From the IMG/VR virus record IMGVR_UViG_2140918012_000003: a stretch of 64,000 nt of DNA. The stretch is one strand, 5' to 3'. The DNA is from a virus. This document shows positions 1 through 9,468 of this stretch, piece by piece. A program made the translations under genes and the position numbers. Every line of letters begins with the position of its first letter. Within the stretch, counting starts at the first letter, position 1. Under the pieces are notes generated by a model. The model did not search any database and was not told the origin of the DNA. It saw nothing but the letters and a program-made list of their open reading frames with translations.

Positions 1-103
1 ACAACAAAATCGAGCAGCTTCGTGCAGGTATCGCTGCCGATGCGCTGGTCAGAGGCTAACGAAAGCGTTTGACGTGGGGCCAAGCTCGTGTATCCTTTAG
101 CCC

Positions 104-286
104 ATGACGCGAAGCGAGCGATTAGTAGCAATTAAAAATTTTTTCAAGGGCAAGACGGACGTTGCGGCTAAGTCCAAAAAGCCACGCAAGGTCCCTGCCG
201 GTAAGCAGCGGATCAAGACATTAAGCGAGCTACGCAAAGAAATAGCGGAGGAAGAACATGGTCAAAACCATCGGCACGTGCGGTAA
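104..286 (+). CDS. hypothetical basic protein
   Basis: 60-aa ORF; TATCCT box 11 nt upstream of ATG. Confidence 0.5.
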   Translation: MTRSERLVAIKNFFKGKTDVAAKSKKPRKVPAGKQRIKTLSELRKEIAEEEHGQNHRHVR

Positions 287-455
287 GTGCAGCGGGCCTG
301 TTGATGTGCCTGTCATTTGGCACGGTATCTACCCGCCAATCCCGACCTGTCGTCATTGTGGGGCACACGCTAAGAAGGCATACGGCCCTGTAATCGACAT
401 GGCAGATATTCCTGAGCCGCCTAAGATGCGTCCTTGGGGTAATACAGGCCGATAG
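258..455 (+). CDS. small zinc-ribbon protein
   Basis: CxxC...CxxC (CGKC, CRHC); GGAGG upstream. Confidence 0.6.
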   Translation: MVKTIGTCGKCSGPVDVPVIWHGIYPPIPTCRHCGAHAKKAYGPVIDMADIPEPPKMRPWGNTGR

Positions 456-459
456 CAAA

Positions 460-762
460 ATGCTTCTACTGCCCTTTTCGATTCCGGCGCACTATAACTC
501 GCGAGTTCCTGATGAACAAGGGCACATTGTTCAAGTCATAGCACCAGACGAGTTTGCGGGGCGGCAATTCTCGGTGGTAGCTTTCTGCGGGCGTAGTATG
601 CGGGTTAGTGGGGTGCAGATGGTGCCGATAGTCACCAGCCCCGAGGTACGGCTGCCTGATTTGCTGCGGGCGATGAAAGCGGCAGAAATCTTGACAGGGG
701 CACCTCCTTCCGGTACAACGTGCGAAAAGTGTGTACAAAAATTAGAGGAATTATTTAAATGA
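460..762 (+). CDS. hypothetical protein
   Basis: 100-aa ORF tiling between neighbours, overlaps infA start. Confidence 0.55.
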   Translation: MLLLPFSIPAHYNSRVPDEQGHIVQVIAPDEFAGRQFSVVAFCGRSMRVSGVQMVPIVTSPEVRLPDLLRAMKAAEILTGAPPSGTTCEKCVQKLEELFK

Positions 763-977
763 GTCGCGAAGAGCACATCGAGTTCGACGGCCACATTACT
801 GAGGTACTGCCTGCTGGCCTTTTTAGGGTCGAAATTCACGATAACAAGCACGTTGTGCTGGCGCATCTTGGCGGTAAGTTGAAGATGCATAAAATCAGGG
901 TAGTGCTGGGGGACAACGTAAGGATCGCGATGACCCCTTATGACCCTAAGCGTGGAATTATAGTGTACAGGAAGTAG
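759..977 (+). CDS. infA: translation initiation factor IF-1
   Basis: 72 aa; matches IF-1 pattern throughout (IEFDGHITEVLP..FRV..VLAHLGGKLKMHKIRVVLGD.V...MTPYD..RGII.YR). Confidence 0.95.
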   Translation: MSREEHIEFDGHITEVLPAGLFRVEIHDNKHVVLAHLGGKLKMHKIRVVLGDNVRIAMTPYDPKRGIIVYRK

Positions 978-981
978 TGCA

Positions 982-1212
982 ATGCCCAAGAAGAAAGTTG
1001 CTGTGAAGGGTGCCATTGTCCGGTTACGGGCCTATCCGATCATTGAGAAGGCAATTGAAGACGGTGTGTCGTATGGTGTGCAACGCTTCATGAAGCACAG
1101 AGATCGTTTCGATCTCGGCTCCGAGAATACTTCTGGTCTGGTTGAAGAAATCACGCAGCACGTGCAAGATGCACTTAGCGAAATTCTGATTTATGACGAA
1201 ACTATTGAGTAA
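982..1212 (+). CDS. hypothetical protein
   Basis: 76-aa ORF in operon tiling. Confidence 0.6.
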   Translation: MPKKKVAVKGAIVRLRAYPIIEKAIEDGVSYGVQRFMKHRDRFDLGSENTSGLVEEITQHVQDALSEILIYDETIE

Positions 1213-1241
1213 TCCAACTATGTTCAGGACAGGAGGGTGTT

Positions 1242-1610
1242 TTGATTTACATTCTGGACGAATGCAATCCTGGGGTAGAGGAATTTTCACTCACGTTTGT
1301 TGATTCAGATGACCTGGACCCGGAGTGGGTCGAAGCACAGATAAAAATTGTTCATCCTGGGGCTGAGGTCATCGGGGTAGCAAGTATGGTAACGTGGCGT
1401 AAACACCACGGGCACTACAAGCATTTTTATGAATTCGTCGGACCTTGGGCTGCGCTGCACTGGGACGATGACAAAGACACGTGGTTGACGACTGTCTGGT
1501 GGGGTGCGCTTGACCCACAAATTCAGCGTAAATTGGTCGAAGCTTGGCTGACTGTCTTTGACGGTTGGCGCCCTGAGCTTGAAACCTTGCAGGGTGGTCA
1601 TGCGAGTTAG
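1242..1610 (+). CDS. hypothetical protein
   Basis: 122-aa ORF, AGGAGG upstream of TTG. Confidence 0.6.
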   Translation: MIYILDECNPGVEEFSLTFVDSDDLDPEWVEAQIKIVHPGAEVIGVASMVTWRKHHGHYKHFYEFVGPWAALHWDDDKDTWLTTVWWGALDPQIQRKLVEAWLTVFDGWRPELETLQGGHAS

Positions 1611-2202
1611 GTACATCGCTAAACCACACGCCACCGACCGCTACCAGCAACACCATCCGACTGCCATACCGCTTGATTTGGTGTGGGATATCAAGGATGC
1701 GTCCGTGGTCATAGAGCGTGATATGGCGCGAACGCTGCTGGGCCGTTTTCGTGACTCTGATCGTGCAAAACGTGGAGAAACCGAATATCGGCTATCGTCA
1801 GACCGAGCCGGTATTTTTGCAATTGTGGATGGGGACGATGGGGTTAAATTCATAGTCACATACCTTCGGCTTGGGGATCAGCAGAAGGAATTTGCGCTGA
1901 AAAACTGGCCGCGTGCGACGGCCAAAATTTCTAAGGTTGAGGAACCAGTTGAGGTAGCGGCCGATCCAGTAGATGTAGCTATGTTGCCTGGTCTGGATAT
2001 TGCGCTGCATCAGGTCTATATTTTGCCTGAGCTTCAAGCTGTGTTTGGGTCGAAGGCTAAAGTGCGGAAGGCGCTTGAGTTTGCTGTGAAAGTATCAAAT
2101 AGCGAATTTTTAATAGTTGGGTCACGCCAGGTTAAAGTGCGTGTCGATAAATGCAACGGTAAGTATTACGCTGGGTTGGAATCGGACATTTTCCCAGAAT
2201 GA
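1600..2202 (+). CDS. hypothetical protein
   Basis: ORF 1558-2202; ATG 1600 chosen for overlap with previous gene. Confidence 0.6.
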   Translation: MRVRYIAKPHATDRYQQHHPTAIPLDLVWDIKDASVVIERDMARTLLGRFRDSDRAKRGETEYRLSSDRAGIFAIVDGDDGVKFIVTYLRLGDQQKEFALKNWPRATAKISKVEEPVEVAADPVDVAMLPGLDIALHQVYILPELQAVFGSKAKVRKALEFAVKVSNSEFLIVGSRQVKVRVDKCNGKYYAGLESDIFPE

Positions 2203-2699
2203 TTACTGAAGTTGAAGTTGCTGCGGCGAATCTTGAGGCTATTAAATTGGCCGATGAGTACCGTAATGCCAGATTGGTGTACCTTACAGAACTACGAGTC
2301 TACGACAAACTGAGCGCGTCGGCTGATGGTCTGGCCCAGACTATTAGGGGGCTTGAGCGTGTCATGTTCGATGGCGACCGCAAGGCGACGAGAAAGCGCG
2401 CGTTATACCAGATAGCAAAACGCCAGCCTATTAGTTTACTTGAGCGGATGCGAGAGCAGCATGCAGATATTTATATGCACGCAGTTTCGTTGCATAAGTA
2501 CGTTAAAGCCTTCAAGGTTGTCATGGTCAACGCTAAGTACGCTGCGGCGAAAGCCGAGCTAGAAGCCGCTAAGCTACAATTTGATTTTCTTCAGCAGATG
2601 CTATCTCCTGTGGATGAGGCTGAAACCCGATTAGAGCAGGCGTATGCCAGTGCCGCAATACTAGCGTCTGATTTATTGTTGGATGTAAAAGGGGCTTGA
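2199..2699 (+). CDS. hypothetical helical protein
   Basis: 166-aa ORF, ATGA overlap. Confidence 0.65.
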   Translation: MITEVEVAAANLEAIKLADEYRNARLVYLTELRVYDKLSASADGLAQTIRGLERVMFDGDRKATRKRALYQIAKRQPISLLERMREQHADIYMHAVSLHKYVKAFKVVMVNAKYAAAKAELEAAKLQFDFLQQMLSPVDEAETRLEQAYASAAILASDLLLDVKGA

Positions 2700-2724
2700 C
2701 ACTCTTGTAGCATAGTAGTATAAG
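2696..2724 (+). promoter_or_regulatory. sigma70-like promoter
   Basis: TTGACA-17-TATAAG, ATG 12 nt downstream. Confidence 0.65.
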
Positions 2725-2736
2725 GGAATCTGGCGC

Positions 2737-3687
2737 ATGACCGATACCGCGCAGATCAGTTTGACCGAGCGAGCATTGAAACTGCTAGCCTCTGGCGAGG
2801 CCAAGGGGCGACGAGAGATGTTTCGTACGCCGCAGTTAGATCGACTTCCGATCAGGCGGTGGCCTGGTTGGCATTATCGCGTGCTGTCCAAATTGGTCGA
2901 GTCGAAGCTAATCGTGCTGACTGGATCTGGTGCGCATGTTAAGTATCAGGCCACCGACACAGACGGCATCAAAGAACTGTTGAAAGACCCTGAGAAGCTT
3001 TCTGGATTGCTTTGGACATCTCCAAGTGGGTCGGATGATTTGGAAGATGCGGCACCGGAATCTGTAGCAGCACCGGAGCCTACGGTCAGTCCGGTGCAAC
3101 AAGAGGAAGAGCGCGTCACGGCTGACCCTCCTGGTTTTGAGTCCTTCATGGACGGGATGATCGAGAAATTTGGCGATACTGACCGTGTACTCTCCACGCA
3201 CGAGATGATGGATATCGTTAAGGAGAAATTGCCAGATTTCGACTTCACTACCGAGGCTCCGAACGGGAAATTTGGACGCTACTATATCTCCAAGTGGCAG
3301 GGCTTGAAGTATAAAGGGTACTGGTTAGAGGCGCACAAGGGCCGCAAAGGTTGGTACCTGCGCAAGCAGATGCCTGAAAATGCGGTGCCAAGTACGGAAG
3401 AGTCAGCAGCAGAAGCAACTGATGATATTAACCCTGAGCTATTTTCGTTGCTCAATCGAATCGTGGATTCTTTGAGCAACATTCATACGAGTGTTCACAC
3501 CGTATATAATCGAATTAAGAAATTAGAAGATCAAAAAGACGCAGAAGATCAGCAGAAAAAGGTTGATCACTGCTCGTTTTGTGATAAGGCTAGTAGCGGC
3601 AAGGTGTTGCTATTCCCTGGAAATGGAGCGGCTATCTGCAATGCTTGTATCACCAGTGCAGCAATTCTTCTCAAGGACGGAGGCTAG
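2737..3687 (+). CDS. protein with C-terminal ClpX-type C4 zinc-binding domain
   Basis: C-terminus CSFCDK...LFPGNGAAICNACI matches the ClpX zinc-binding domain pattern. Confidence 0.7.
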   Translation: MTDTAQISLTERALKLLASGEAKGRREMFRTPQLDRLPIRRWPGWHYRVLSKLVESKLIVLTGSGAHVKYQATDTDGIKELLKDPEKLSGLLWTSPSGSDDLEDAAPESVAAPEPTVSPVQQEEERVTADPPGFESFMDGMIEKFGDTDRVLSTHEMMDIVKEKLPDFDFTTEAPNGKFGRYYISKWQGLKYKGYWLEAHKGRKGWYLRKQMPENAVPSTEESAAEATDDINPELFSLLNRIVDSLSNIHTSVHTVYNRIKKLEDQKDAEDQQKKVDHCSFCDKASSGKVLLFPGNGAAICNACITSAAILLKDGG

Positions 3688-3688
3688 C

Positions 3689-5134
3689 ATGAGCCTTTCT
3701 CCCGAGATGGAACTACTTGTCAATGAGTACCACACCAAGCAGATGAACGATCGGGAACGCGCAGCGCTTGAGGCTCGCATCTGGGACCAAGCCGATGCTG
3801 CTGCACGGTCTATGAAACGGCATGAGTACCTGGCTAAGTTACTCAATGTGTCTAATTACTACGAGGTTATTGTGCGCGGGATGCTCTACTACGCTGGTGA
3901 GGTAGCTGAGCCGCTGTGGGAACGGGTGCTCAAAAAAGAAATGACCTACGGCGGTGCAGCTAAGATGCTGCGCGAAGCTCGTCGAGTGTCGAAGATATAT
4001 AACCTCAAGCTTTCAGAAACGCTAACTGGCATGATTGCTAAGTACGAAAGCCTGCCTGCGACCAAGTTTGCTGACGGTCGGATCACTCGCAAGAATTACG
4101 GTAAGAAGGGCAGGAAGAAGATGGCGTCTGAAGCACCCGAGGCAGCCCCGGCCACCACCCCTATCTTGCCGACACCTGTACCAATTGTGCAAGCTCCTGC
4201 ACCTGCTCCAAAGCCCATGCCGCCAAAGCGCCAGCCGCTGGCCTATTTGATCGAGCAGCACAAATCTGAATCATCTGAACGTAAGCGGGCTGCAATTGAG
4301 GCTATCGTGTGGGAGCGTGCTCCCAAGGATTCGCGCAAGAACCGCCGTGAAGTTTACCTTGCGGGTGTGCTCGGTGATAAAGCCGATGCAATCCGGTCCA
4401 GAGCCGATTTGTACAATAGCGGGGAAGCTGCTTCGGCTGCTCTTTGGGATCGTGTAGAAGGTGATGACATGCCGCTTAATACGGCTGTACGGCTCATGCG
4501 TGATGCCAAGCGTCTTGCAGCCAAAAATAAGAAGCTGGGCCTGCCTGGTGCTGTTGCTGAGATTTTGACTAAGTATGACTCTATCGGCAATGTTGTGCGG
4601 CGGGTAGACGGCAAGAAAGTCCGAGTGCGTGGTTCGACGCGCCTGCCAGATCTGGAGCGCGAAAAGCTCAAGCTCAAACTTGGCCTGGGGAAGGATAAGA
4701 CCCCTGAGAATTTCTGGGCTCGCCTGCGGCAAGAGATTGCTTCACACATGGCTACACGGCTCACTGATGTTGAGCCTGCTGTTGCTCAGGAGCTTTGGGG
4801 CAAGCTGGAACTTGATCTAAAAGCGCTGGTTGCGGAATTTCAACACCGGATCGAGCGCTATAAAAAAGAGGGCAGTCGCACTCAGATCGTGTCGCGCCGT
4901 GATATCATCGACTCATGCCGCATTCTTGGCTTGGATCCACCAGATCGTGGAGCAAGTGTGAATATCAAGCTTGCAGCCAAGCTGAAGAAGATGCTGGTGC
5001 GAGAGTACCACCCTGATGTGTCGTCAGACGAACGAAACCGCGATCGTCTTGATGACGTAATCAAGGCTTACCACATCATTGAGACCTATAATAAGCAAGT
5101 CAAGGGCGCTGTAGTTAGAACGGAAACCAATTGA
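3689..5134 (+). CDS. protein with internal duplication and C-terminal J-domain (DnaJ-like)
   Basis: C-terminal ILGL...LVREYHPD...VIKAYHII with HPD motif; two similar ~90-aa units separated by a Pro/Ala linker; ATG 3689 chosen. Confidence 0.7.
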   Translation: MSLSPEMELLVNEYHTKQMNDRERAALEARIWDQADAAARSMKRHEYLAKLLNVSNYYEVIVRGMLYYAGEVAEPLWERVLKKEMTYGGAAKMLREARRVSKIYNLKLSETLTGMIAKYESLPATKFADGRITRKNYGKKGRKKMASEAPEAAPATTPILPTPVPIVQAPAPAPKPMPPKRQPLAYLIEQHKSESSERKRAAIEAIVWERAPKDSRKNRREVYLAGVLGDKADAIRSRADLYNSGEAASAALWDRVEGDDMPLNTAVRLMRDAKRLAAKNKKLGLPGAVAEILTKYDSIGNVVRRVDGKKVRVRGSTRLPDLEREKLKLKLGLGKDKTPENFWARLRQEIASHMATRLTDVEPAVAQELWGKLELDLKALVAEFQHRIERYKKEGSRTQIVSRRDIIDSCRILGLDPPDRGASVNIKLAAKLKKMLVREYHPDVSSDERNRDRLDDVIKAYHIIETYNKQVKGAVVRTETN

Positions 5135-5688
5135 AGAGAAGGAACACAATGCAAACTGATACTACTGCTACGAAGGTGAAGAAGGGGCGCAGTCAGGCCG
5201 TGTATGCGGTGAACAAGGACATGGGGATTGCGGAGCGGATCGCAGACTATCTCAACTGGATGGCCGATCACGAGCCGGGCAAATTCGTGCCCTGGAACAT
5301 CATCGCGTTCAACGTGATGATGCTGCCGCGTGTCCCTCGCAACAACACGGAGTCGGTCAAGATGGTACAACGAGCGTCTAGCCGGTCCTACCGTATTTTG
5401 GAGACGAAATACGGGCGGCTCTACTACCCTCTCAAGGGCTACGGAGTCCGGGCCTGCGTGGACGATGACGACATGGCCAAAAACGGTATCCGTACCTCGG
5501 TCAAGCGTGGTCGGTCTGCCATCGCGACCATCCGTCGCCAGACGGATCTGATTGACGAGCGCAAGATCAGCAACACGGCTGAGATGCGCCCCTACAAGGA
5601 ATTCGTCACCAACCAACTCAAGCCGAGCCTGCGGAATCTCACGAGCCTGGAAAACAAGCTCATGTTGCCGCCGCTGGTCGATGAGTAA
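5131..5688 (+). CDS. hypothetical protein
   Basis: 185-aa ORF (ATG 5149 is an alternative start). Confidence 0.7.
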   Translation: MKRRNTMQTDTTATKVKKGRSQAVYAVNKDMGIAERIADYLNWMADHEPGKFVPWNIIAFNVMMLPRVPRNNTESVKMVQRASSRSYRILETKYGRLYYPLKGYGVRACVDDDDMAKNGIRTSVKRGRSAIATIRRQTDLIDERKISNTAEMRPYKEFVTNQLKPSLRNLTSLENKLMLPPLVDE

Positions 5689-5894
5689 TGCCTGAATTAC
5701 ACGTCCATCCAGCGCTGCTGGGCGCTCTTACGACGGTTCCTCGATTTCAGCAGGAACCGTTCGTAGGTAAAATTGTGGCGGTATGGATGCGAGACAGCCA
5801 TCCTGTACCTCAAGTGGCGGTGCTGCGGGTGGACGGTGTAGTGATGTACGCAGCCCTAAATGATTGTGTGATCGACACTCGGAGTAATTTCTAG
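5688..5894 (+). CDS. hypothetical protein
   Basis: 68-aa ORF, TAATG overlap. Confidence 0.55.
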   Translation: MPELHVHPALLGALTTVPRFQQEPFVGKIVAVWMRDSHPVPQVAVLRVDGVVMYAALNDCVIDTRSNF

Positions 5895-5951
5895 CCGACT
5901 TTATCTTTTTTTCTTGGAGCTTTACTATGGGTTCTGGTATAGCTTGGACTC

Positions 5952-6275
5952 ATGGCTAAGCTTGCGAAGTCAAACAGAAAACAGAAAGTCGTGTACGAGG
6001 ACGCTTCAGCGCGGAAGGTCACCTTTGCGGCCCAAAAGCGGGTAGGGGACTTGCACCCCTACGTCAAAAAGGTCATGCGTGCCATTGGGCACGGTGAGGC
6101 GTGGGTGTCTGACGAGTCGAAATTGTCGGATTTTATGTCGGTGGTAAAAATGGACCGTACACGTGACGAGCGTGTGATCAAGAACAAGCTCAAGAACGAG
6201 TTCAACCTTGATGTGGCTGTTACGGAGTACGTCGTGGACGTGGCAGAACGGCTTTATCAGCGGTCACTGAATTAA
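5952..6275 (+). CDS. hypothetical protein
   Basis: 107-aa ORF. Confidence 0.65.
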   Translation: MAKLAKSNRKQKVVYEDASARKVTFAAQKRVGDLHPYVKKVMRAIGHGEAWVSDESKLSDFMSVVKMDRTRDERVIKNKLKNEFNLDVAVTEYVVDVAERLYQRSLN

Positions 6276-6608
6276 ATGGACTCAATTCTAACTGAAATCA
6301 AATCTGAGCGAGAAGCCCAAGACCGAAAATGGGGACCGTGCCCGCCACGCGATTACCCTGACGGCACTGGCGGGGCTGGGCGTGAAGCGTATCGAGATAC
6401 TGTCCAGAAAATTTGTGACGAAGCCGATGCTGCTGGGCAACTTGAGTGGGCTCATATCCTCGACGAAGAAGCTGCCGAAGCTTTGGCTGAAACCGACCCG
6501 AGTAAATTGAGGGCAGAGCTATTGCAAGTGGCGGCCGTTTGTCATGCGTGGGTGGGGGCGATTGATGCGCGTCGTGAAAAGACTGCCGTGACAGTCTCCG
6601 AGTTTTGA
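6276..6608 (+). CDS. MazG-like all-helical NTP pyrophosphohydrolase (putative)
   Basis: EREAQDRKWG...ILDEEAAE...LRAELLQVAAVC acidic helical pattern of phage MazG-like proteins. Confidence 0.5.
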   Translation: MDSILTEIKSEREAQDRKWGPCPPRDYPDGTGGAGREAYRDTVQKICDEADAAGQLEWAHILDEEAAEALAETDPSKLRAELLQVAAVCHAWVGAIDARREKTAVTVSEF

Positions 6609-6610
6609 AT

Positions 6611-6931
6611 ATGAAAAAAGCCAACTGTATAGTCTGCGGTAAGAAATTCAAGTGGGCTTTCAAAGATGGTACTGCTGATGGTATATTAGACGGCGTGTGC
6701 TTTGAGAGTAACGGCAGTTACGGCAGCCGTGTCTTTGACTGGGCTGACCTACCTGTTACTTCCGGTGCTTCACCAGAAGCGCGCAATGAGGGCTCTTATT
6801 CCAGGATGCTAATATATGTGTGCGATCCATGCCTGTTGAGAGCAAACGTAGTTTTGGAGGGCGAAGTGACGCAGCCTCTCAAGCGATTTCACACGTCAGT
6901 GCGTTTTGGCGCGTATAGGAAGAAGAAATGA
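6611..6931 (+). CDS. hypothetical zinc-binding protein
   Basis: CIVC...CDPC. Confidence 0.6.
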   Translation: MKKANCIVCGKKFKWAFKDGTADGILDGVCFESNGSYGSRVFDWADLPVTSGASPEARNEGSYSRMLIYVCDPCLLRANVVLEGEVTQPLKRFHTSVRFGAYRKKK

Positions 6932-7300
6932 ATGGCTAAGAAGGGGATGTTACCTACGTACGCTCAGTTTGCGAGGGTGTACCAAGAAAATACAGGAAAG
7001 ATCAAGTACGATCTACCTGTTCCTAAGAAGATATGGGCAACGCTGGCTGTTGGAGCAAAGGGTTGGGGCTTCGGAGAGATCGTATTTATTCAGGACTGTA
7101 ATACGGGGCAGCTTTACATAGATGCCGAAACCTCGGGCAAGCAGACAGTGCTAAAATTTCTTGAATACATGGTCGATGGTGCGATCATGGACACAGAGAA
7201 GGACCCGGCAAAGCACCGTCAGTACAATAAAGCTCGTGGGGTAATTAGTTGTGGCTGTGGTTGTGGTTGGAACAAGCGGCCTAGGAAATCTAGAAAATAG
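6932..7300 (+). CDS. hypothetical protein
   Basis: 122-aa ORF in operon tiling. Confidence 0.65.
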   Translation: MAKKGMLPTYAQFARVYQENTGKIKYDLPVPKKIWATLAVGAKGWGFGEIVFIQDCNTGQLYIDAETSGKQTVLKFLEYMVDGAIMDTEKDPAKHRQYNKARGVISCGCGCGWNKRPRKSRK

Positions 7301-7301
7301 C

Positions 7302-7330
7302 TTGACTTCCTGTTAAACTTGTTGTACAGT
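7302..7330 (+). promoter_or_regulatory. sigma70-like promoter (leaderless-type)
   Basis: TTGACT-17-TACAGT, start codon 7 nt downstream. Confidence 0.55.
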
Positions 7331-7337
7331 CTATGCC

Positions 7338-7598
7338 GTGGCCTCAAAGACCATCCGGCAGCAGGTGATCGAGCGTGATGGGCTGGTGTGCCAGGTCTGC
7401 TTGGATCCGGTTGCGCTCGATGAGATAACACTGGATCATATAATCCCTCGGTCCAAAGGTGGCCTGACGACGGTTGAAAACCTTCGGGTTGCCTGCATGC
7501 CTTGTAATAGCAGCCGGGGTAATGACGAGCCCAAGCCAGCCCCGCACAGGCGGCGCGGGAAAGGGGCTAGTAGAAAGAGTGGCGCAATATGGGTTTGA
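7338..7598 (+). CDS. HNH endonuclease
   Basis: RDGLVCQVC...TLDHIIPRSKGG..TVENLRVACMPCNSSRG. Confidence 0.9.
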   Translation: MASKTIRQQVIERDGLVCQVCLDPVALDEITLDHIIPRSKGGLTTVENLRVACMPCNSSRGNDEPKPAPHRRRGKGASRKSGAIWV

Positions 7599-7764
7599 GT
7601 ATACCCGAGCTATCGCGTGTCTGGAATGCTTATTTAGACCACGTCTGGAAGGACGCCCATAAGCCTTGCCAGGAGTGCTCGCTATTGCTAAGAGCGTACA
7701 AGCAGACTGCAAAATATGAAGTGGGGTCAGAGCATCCAGCTATTGCGTTGCCAGGGGACTAGCG

Positions 7765-8115
7765 TTGTTGCCAGAAATTACCAACTCACTTGTGTGGGAG
7801 CGTGATCTTGTGCGCATCGTCGAAATGGACGATGGCCACCGAAATTGGTTTGTTCTTGAGATTGTTGAAGGCTACGATGCGCTAGGTGCCAAGCGTTGGG
7901 TAGAGGCTACGCCGCGCGATCATCTAATTGCTCGTGCTGGTGCTGCCGTAGCCGAAGCTGATGCTGAAATTGAACGCCGGCTGGACGAACTAGAAAAGGC
8001 GCGTACGGCTGCTGATCTTCTTACGCAGCAGCAGGATACTCGTATCCCTAACGTAGACGAGTTACGAAAGCTAAAGTATTTAGAAGACTTCTTAAACACG
8101 CTCGGTAAGCCTTGA
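7765..8115 (+). CDS. hypothetical protein
   Basis: 116-aa ORF. Confidence 0.55.
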   Translation: MLPEITNSLVWERDLVRIVEMDDGHRNWFVLEIVEGYDALGAKRWVEATPRDHLIARAGAAVAEADAEIERRLDELEKARTAADLLTQQQDTRIPNVDELRKLKYLEDFLNTLGKP

Positions 8116-8465
8116 CCTGCGATTGCACAACAGTAGTTTGCCGGCACGATGCTGCTCGTTGGCACGGCGCCATTTTTGAGCGTAATGGCGTGCGTGAGCT
8201 TGGCTATAATGCAGTAAATTGGGTTGCTATCGCCAAAGTGCTAGGTTGGGTGGTTGGCTTTGCAGGTTGGATTGTGTTCTGGATATTTTTGGCTGAGCGG
8301 GAAGATGCACGCAAATATTCAATTGGACGTACGCAAGCTATTCCTCCTGCGGATATTGCAATCGTAGCTGTCGGTGCCGTGGTCATGTCGCTTGTGGGGA
8401 TGCTTGCAACGACGAAATTAATCAAAGGCGAGCTTTTGAAAGCTCTACGAAGGATCAAAGTATGA
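8112..8465 (+). CDS. putative membrane protein
   Basis: two hydrophobic segments. Confidence 0.6.
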   Translation: MTCDCTTVVCRHDAARWHGAIFERNGVRELGYNAVNWVAIAKVLGWVVGFAGWIVFWIFLAEREDARKYSIGRTQAIPPADIAIVAVGAVVMSLVGMLATTKLIKGELLKALRRIKV

Positions 8466-8929
8466 GACCGGGCTGGGATCAGTACTTTCTTGAAATTGCC
8501 CGCACCATTGCCAAGCGGTCTACGTGCTTACGCATTCCTGCTGGTGTCGGTGCGGTGCTTGTGCGTGACAAGCAAATCTTGGCTACAGGTTACGCTGGGT
8601 CGATTAAAGGCCAGCCGCACTGCTCAGACGACGGTGTAGGGTGCCTGATTGACGAGAAGACGGGTGGCTGCGTTAGAACAGTGCATTCTGAAGCTAACGC
8701 TATCCTGCAAGCTGCCCAGCACGGGGTGTCAATTGCTGACGCTACAATTTACTCGACCATGTCACCATGCTTTGACTGCTTCAAGCTGATCGTCAATGGC
8801 GGTATAAAGCGTATCGTGTACAGTGTCGAGTACCGTATCGTCGAGCGGCAGAAGGAGTTTGCCAAAGCCTGCGGCGTGGCCTTTGAGCACGTAGGTGATG
8901 AAAAGTATGTACCAGGGGTGAAGTCATGA
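8462..8929 (+). CDS. dCMP deaminase family protein
   Basis: RSTCLR..VGAVLV...GY.G...HSEANAI...SPCFDC zinc motifs. Confidence 0.92.
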   Translation: MRPGWDQYFLEIARTIAKRSTCLRIPAGVGAVLVRDKQILATGYAGSIKGQPHCSDDGVGCLIDEKTGGCVRTVHSEANAILQAAQHGVSIADATIYSTMSPCFDCFKLIVNGGIKRIVYSVEYRIVERQKEFAKACGVAFEHVGDEKYVPGVKS

Positions 8930-9468
8930 AGGGTTGGAATCCTGGTAAAACCCAAGGGACGATGAAAGGTCTAGAACCAGGTGTAAAATGCTCGGTTTGC
9001 CGTAAGGGCAAGCTAGAGGTGATGTTGGACTCGGTAGAAGCCGGCGAGACGACCAGTGGCATTATTGGGCTGCCGATTAGCAGGACTGTAGTAGACCATC
9101 TGGCTTGCTCCAAATGCTTTTTGATTTTCGAAGCCAAAGATCGCGGATGCACGCTTGACGAAATCCGTGAACGGCAGTTAAAAACATTCAAGAATCCTGC
9201 AAAGCGACCCGATAAATGTCCCAAGTGCGGCAGTAAGAAATGGTCTAGTCAACACAAGTACGACGAATACGGTGTGCGTCGCAATGTTCCAAAACTGTGG
9301 TACATTTACTGCGCTGAGTGCGACACGATCTACTGGGATGAGGACAAGCATCAAGCTGACTTACATAGCGAGAAGATGCGCAAGCTAGTCTGGGGCGACA
9401 AGTCTGAAAAAGAGATCAAGAAAGAGCAAGACAAAATGTTTGAGGCTTTTAAACAGGAGAAACGATAA
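8926..9468 (+). CDS. multi zinc-ribbon hypothetical protein
   Basis: four CxxC pairs. Confidence 0.65.
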   Translation: MKGWNPGKTQGTMKGLEPGVKCSVCRKGKLEVMLDSVEAGETTSGIIGLPISRTVVDHLACSKCFLIFEAKDRGCTLDEIRERQLKTFKNPAKRPDKCPKCGSKKWSSQHKYDEYGVRRNVPKLWYIYCAECDTIYWDEDKHQADLHSEKMRKLVWGDKSEKEIKKEQDKMFEAFKQEKR

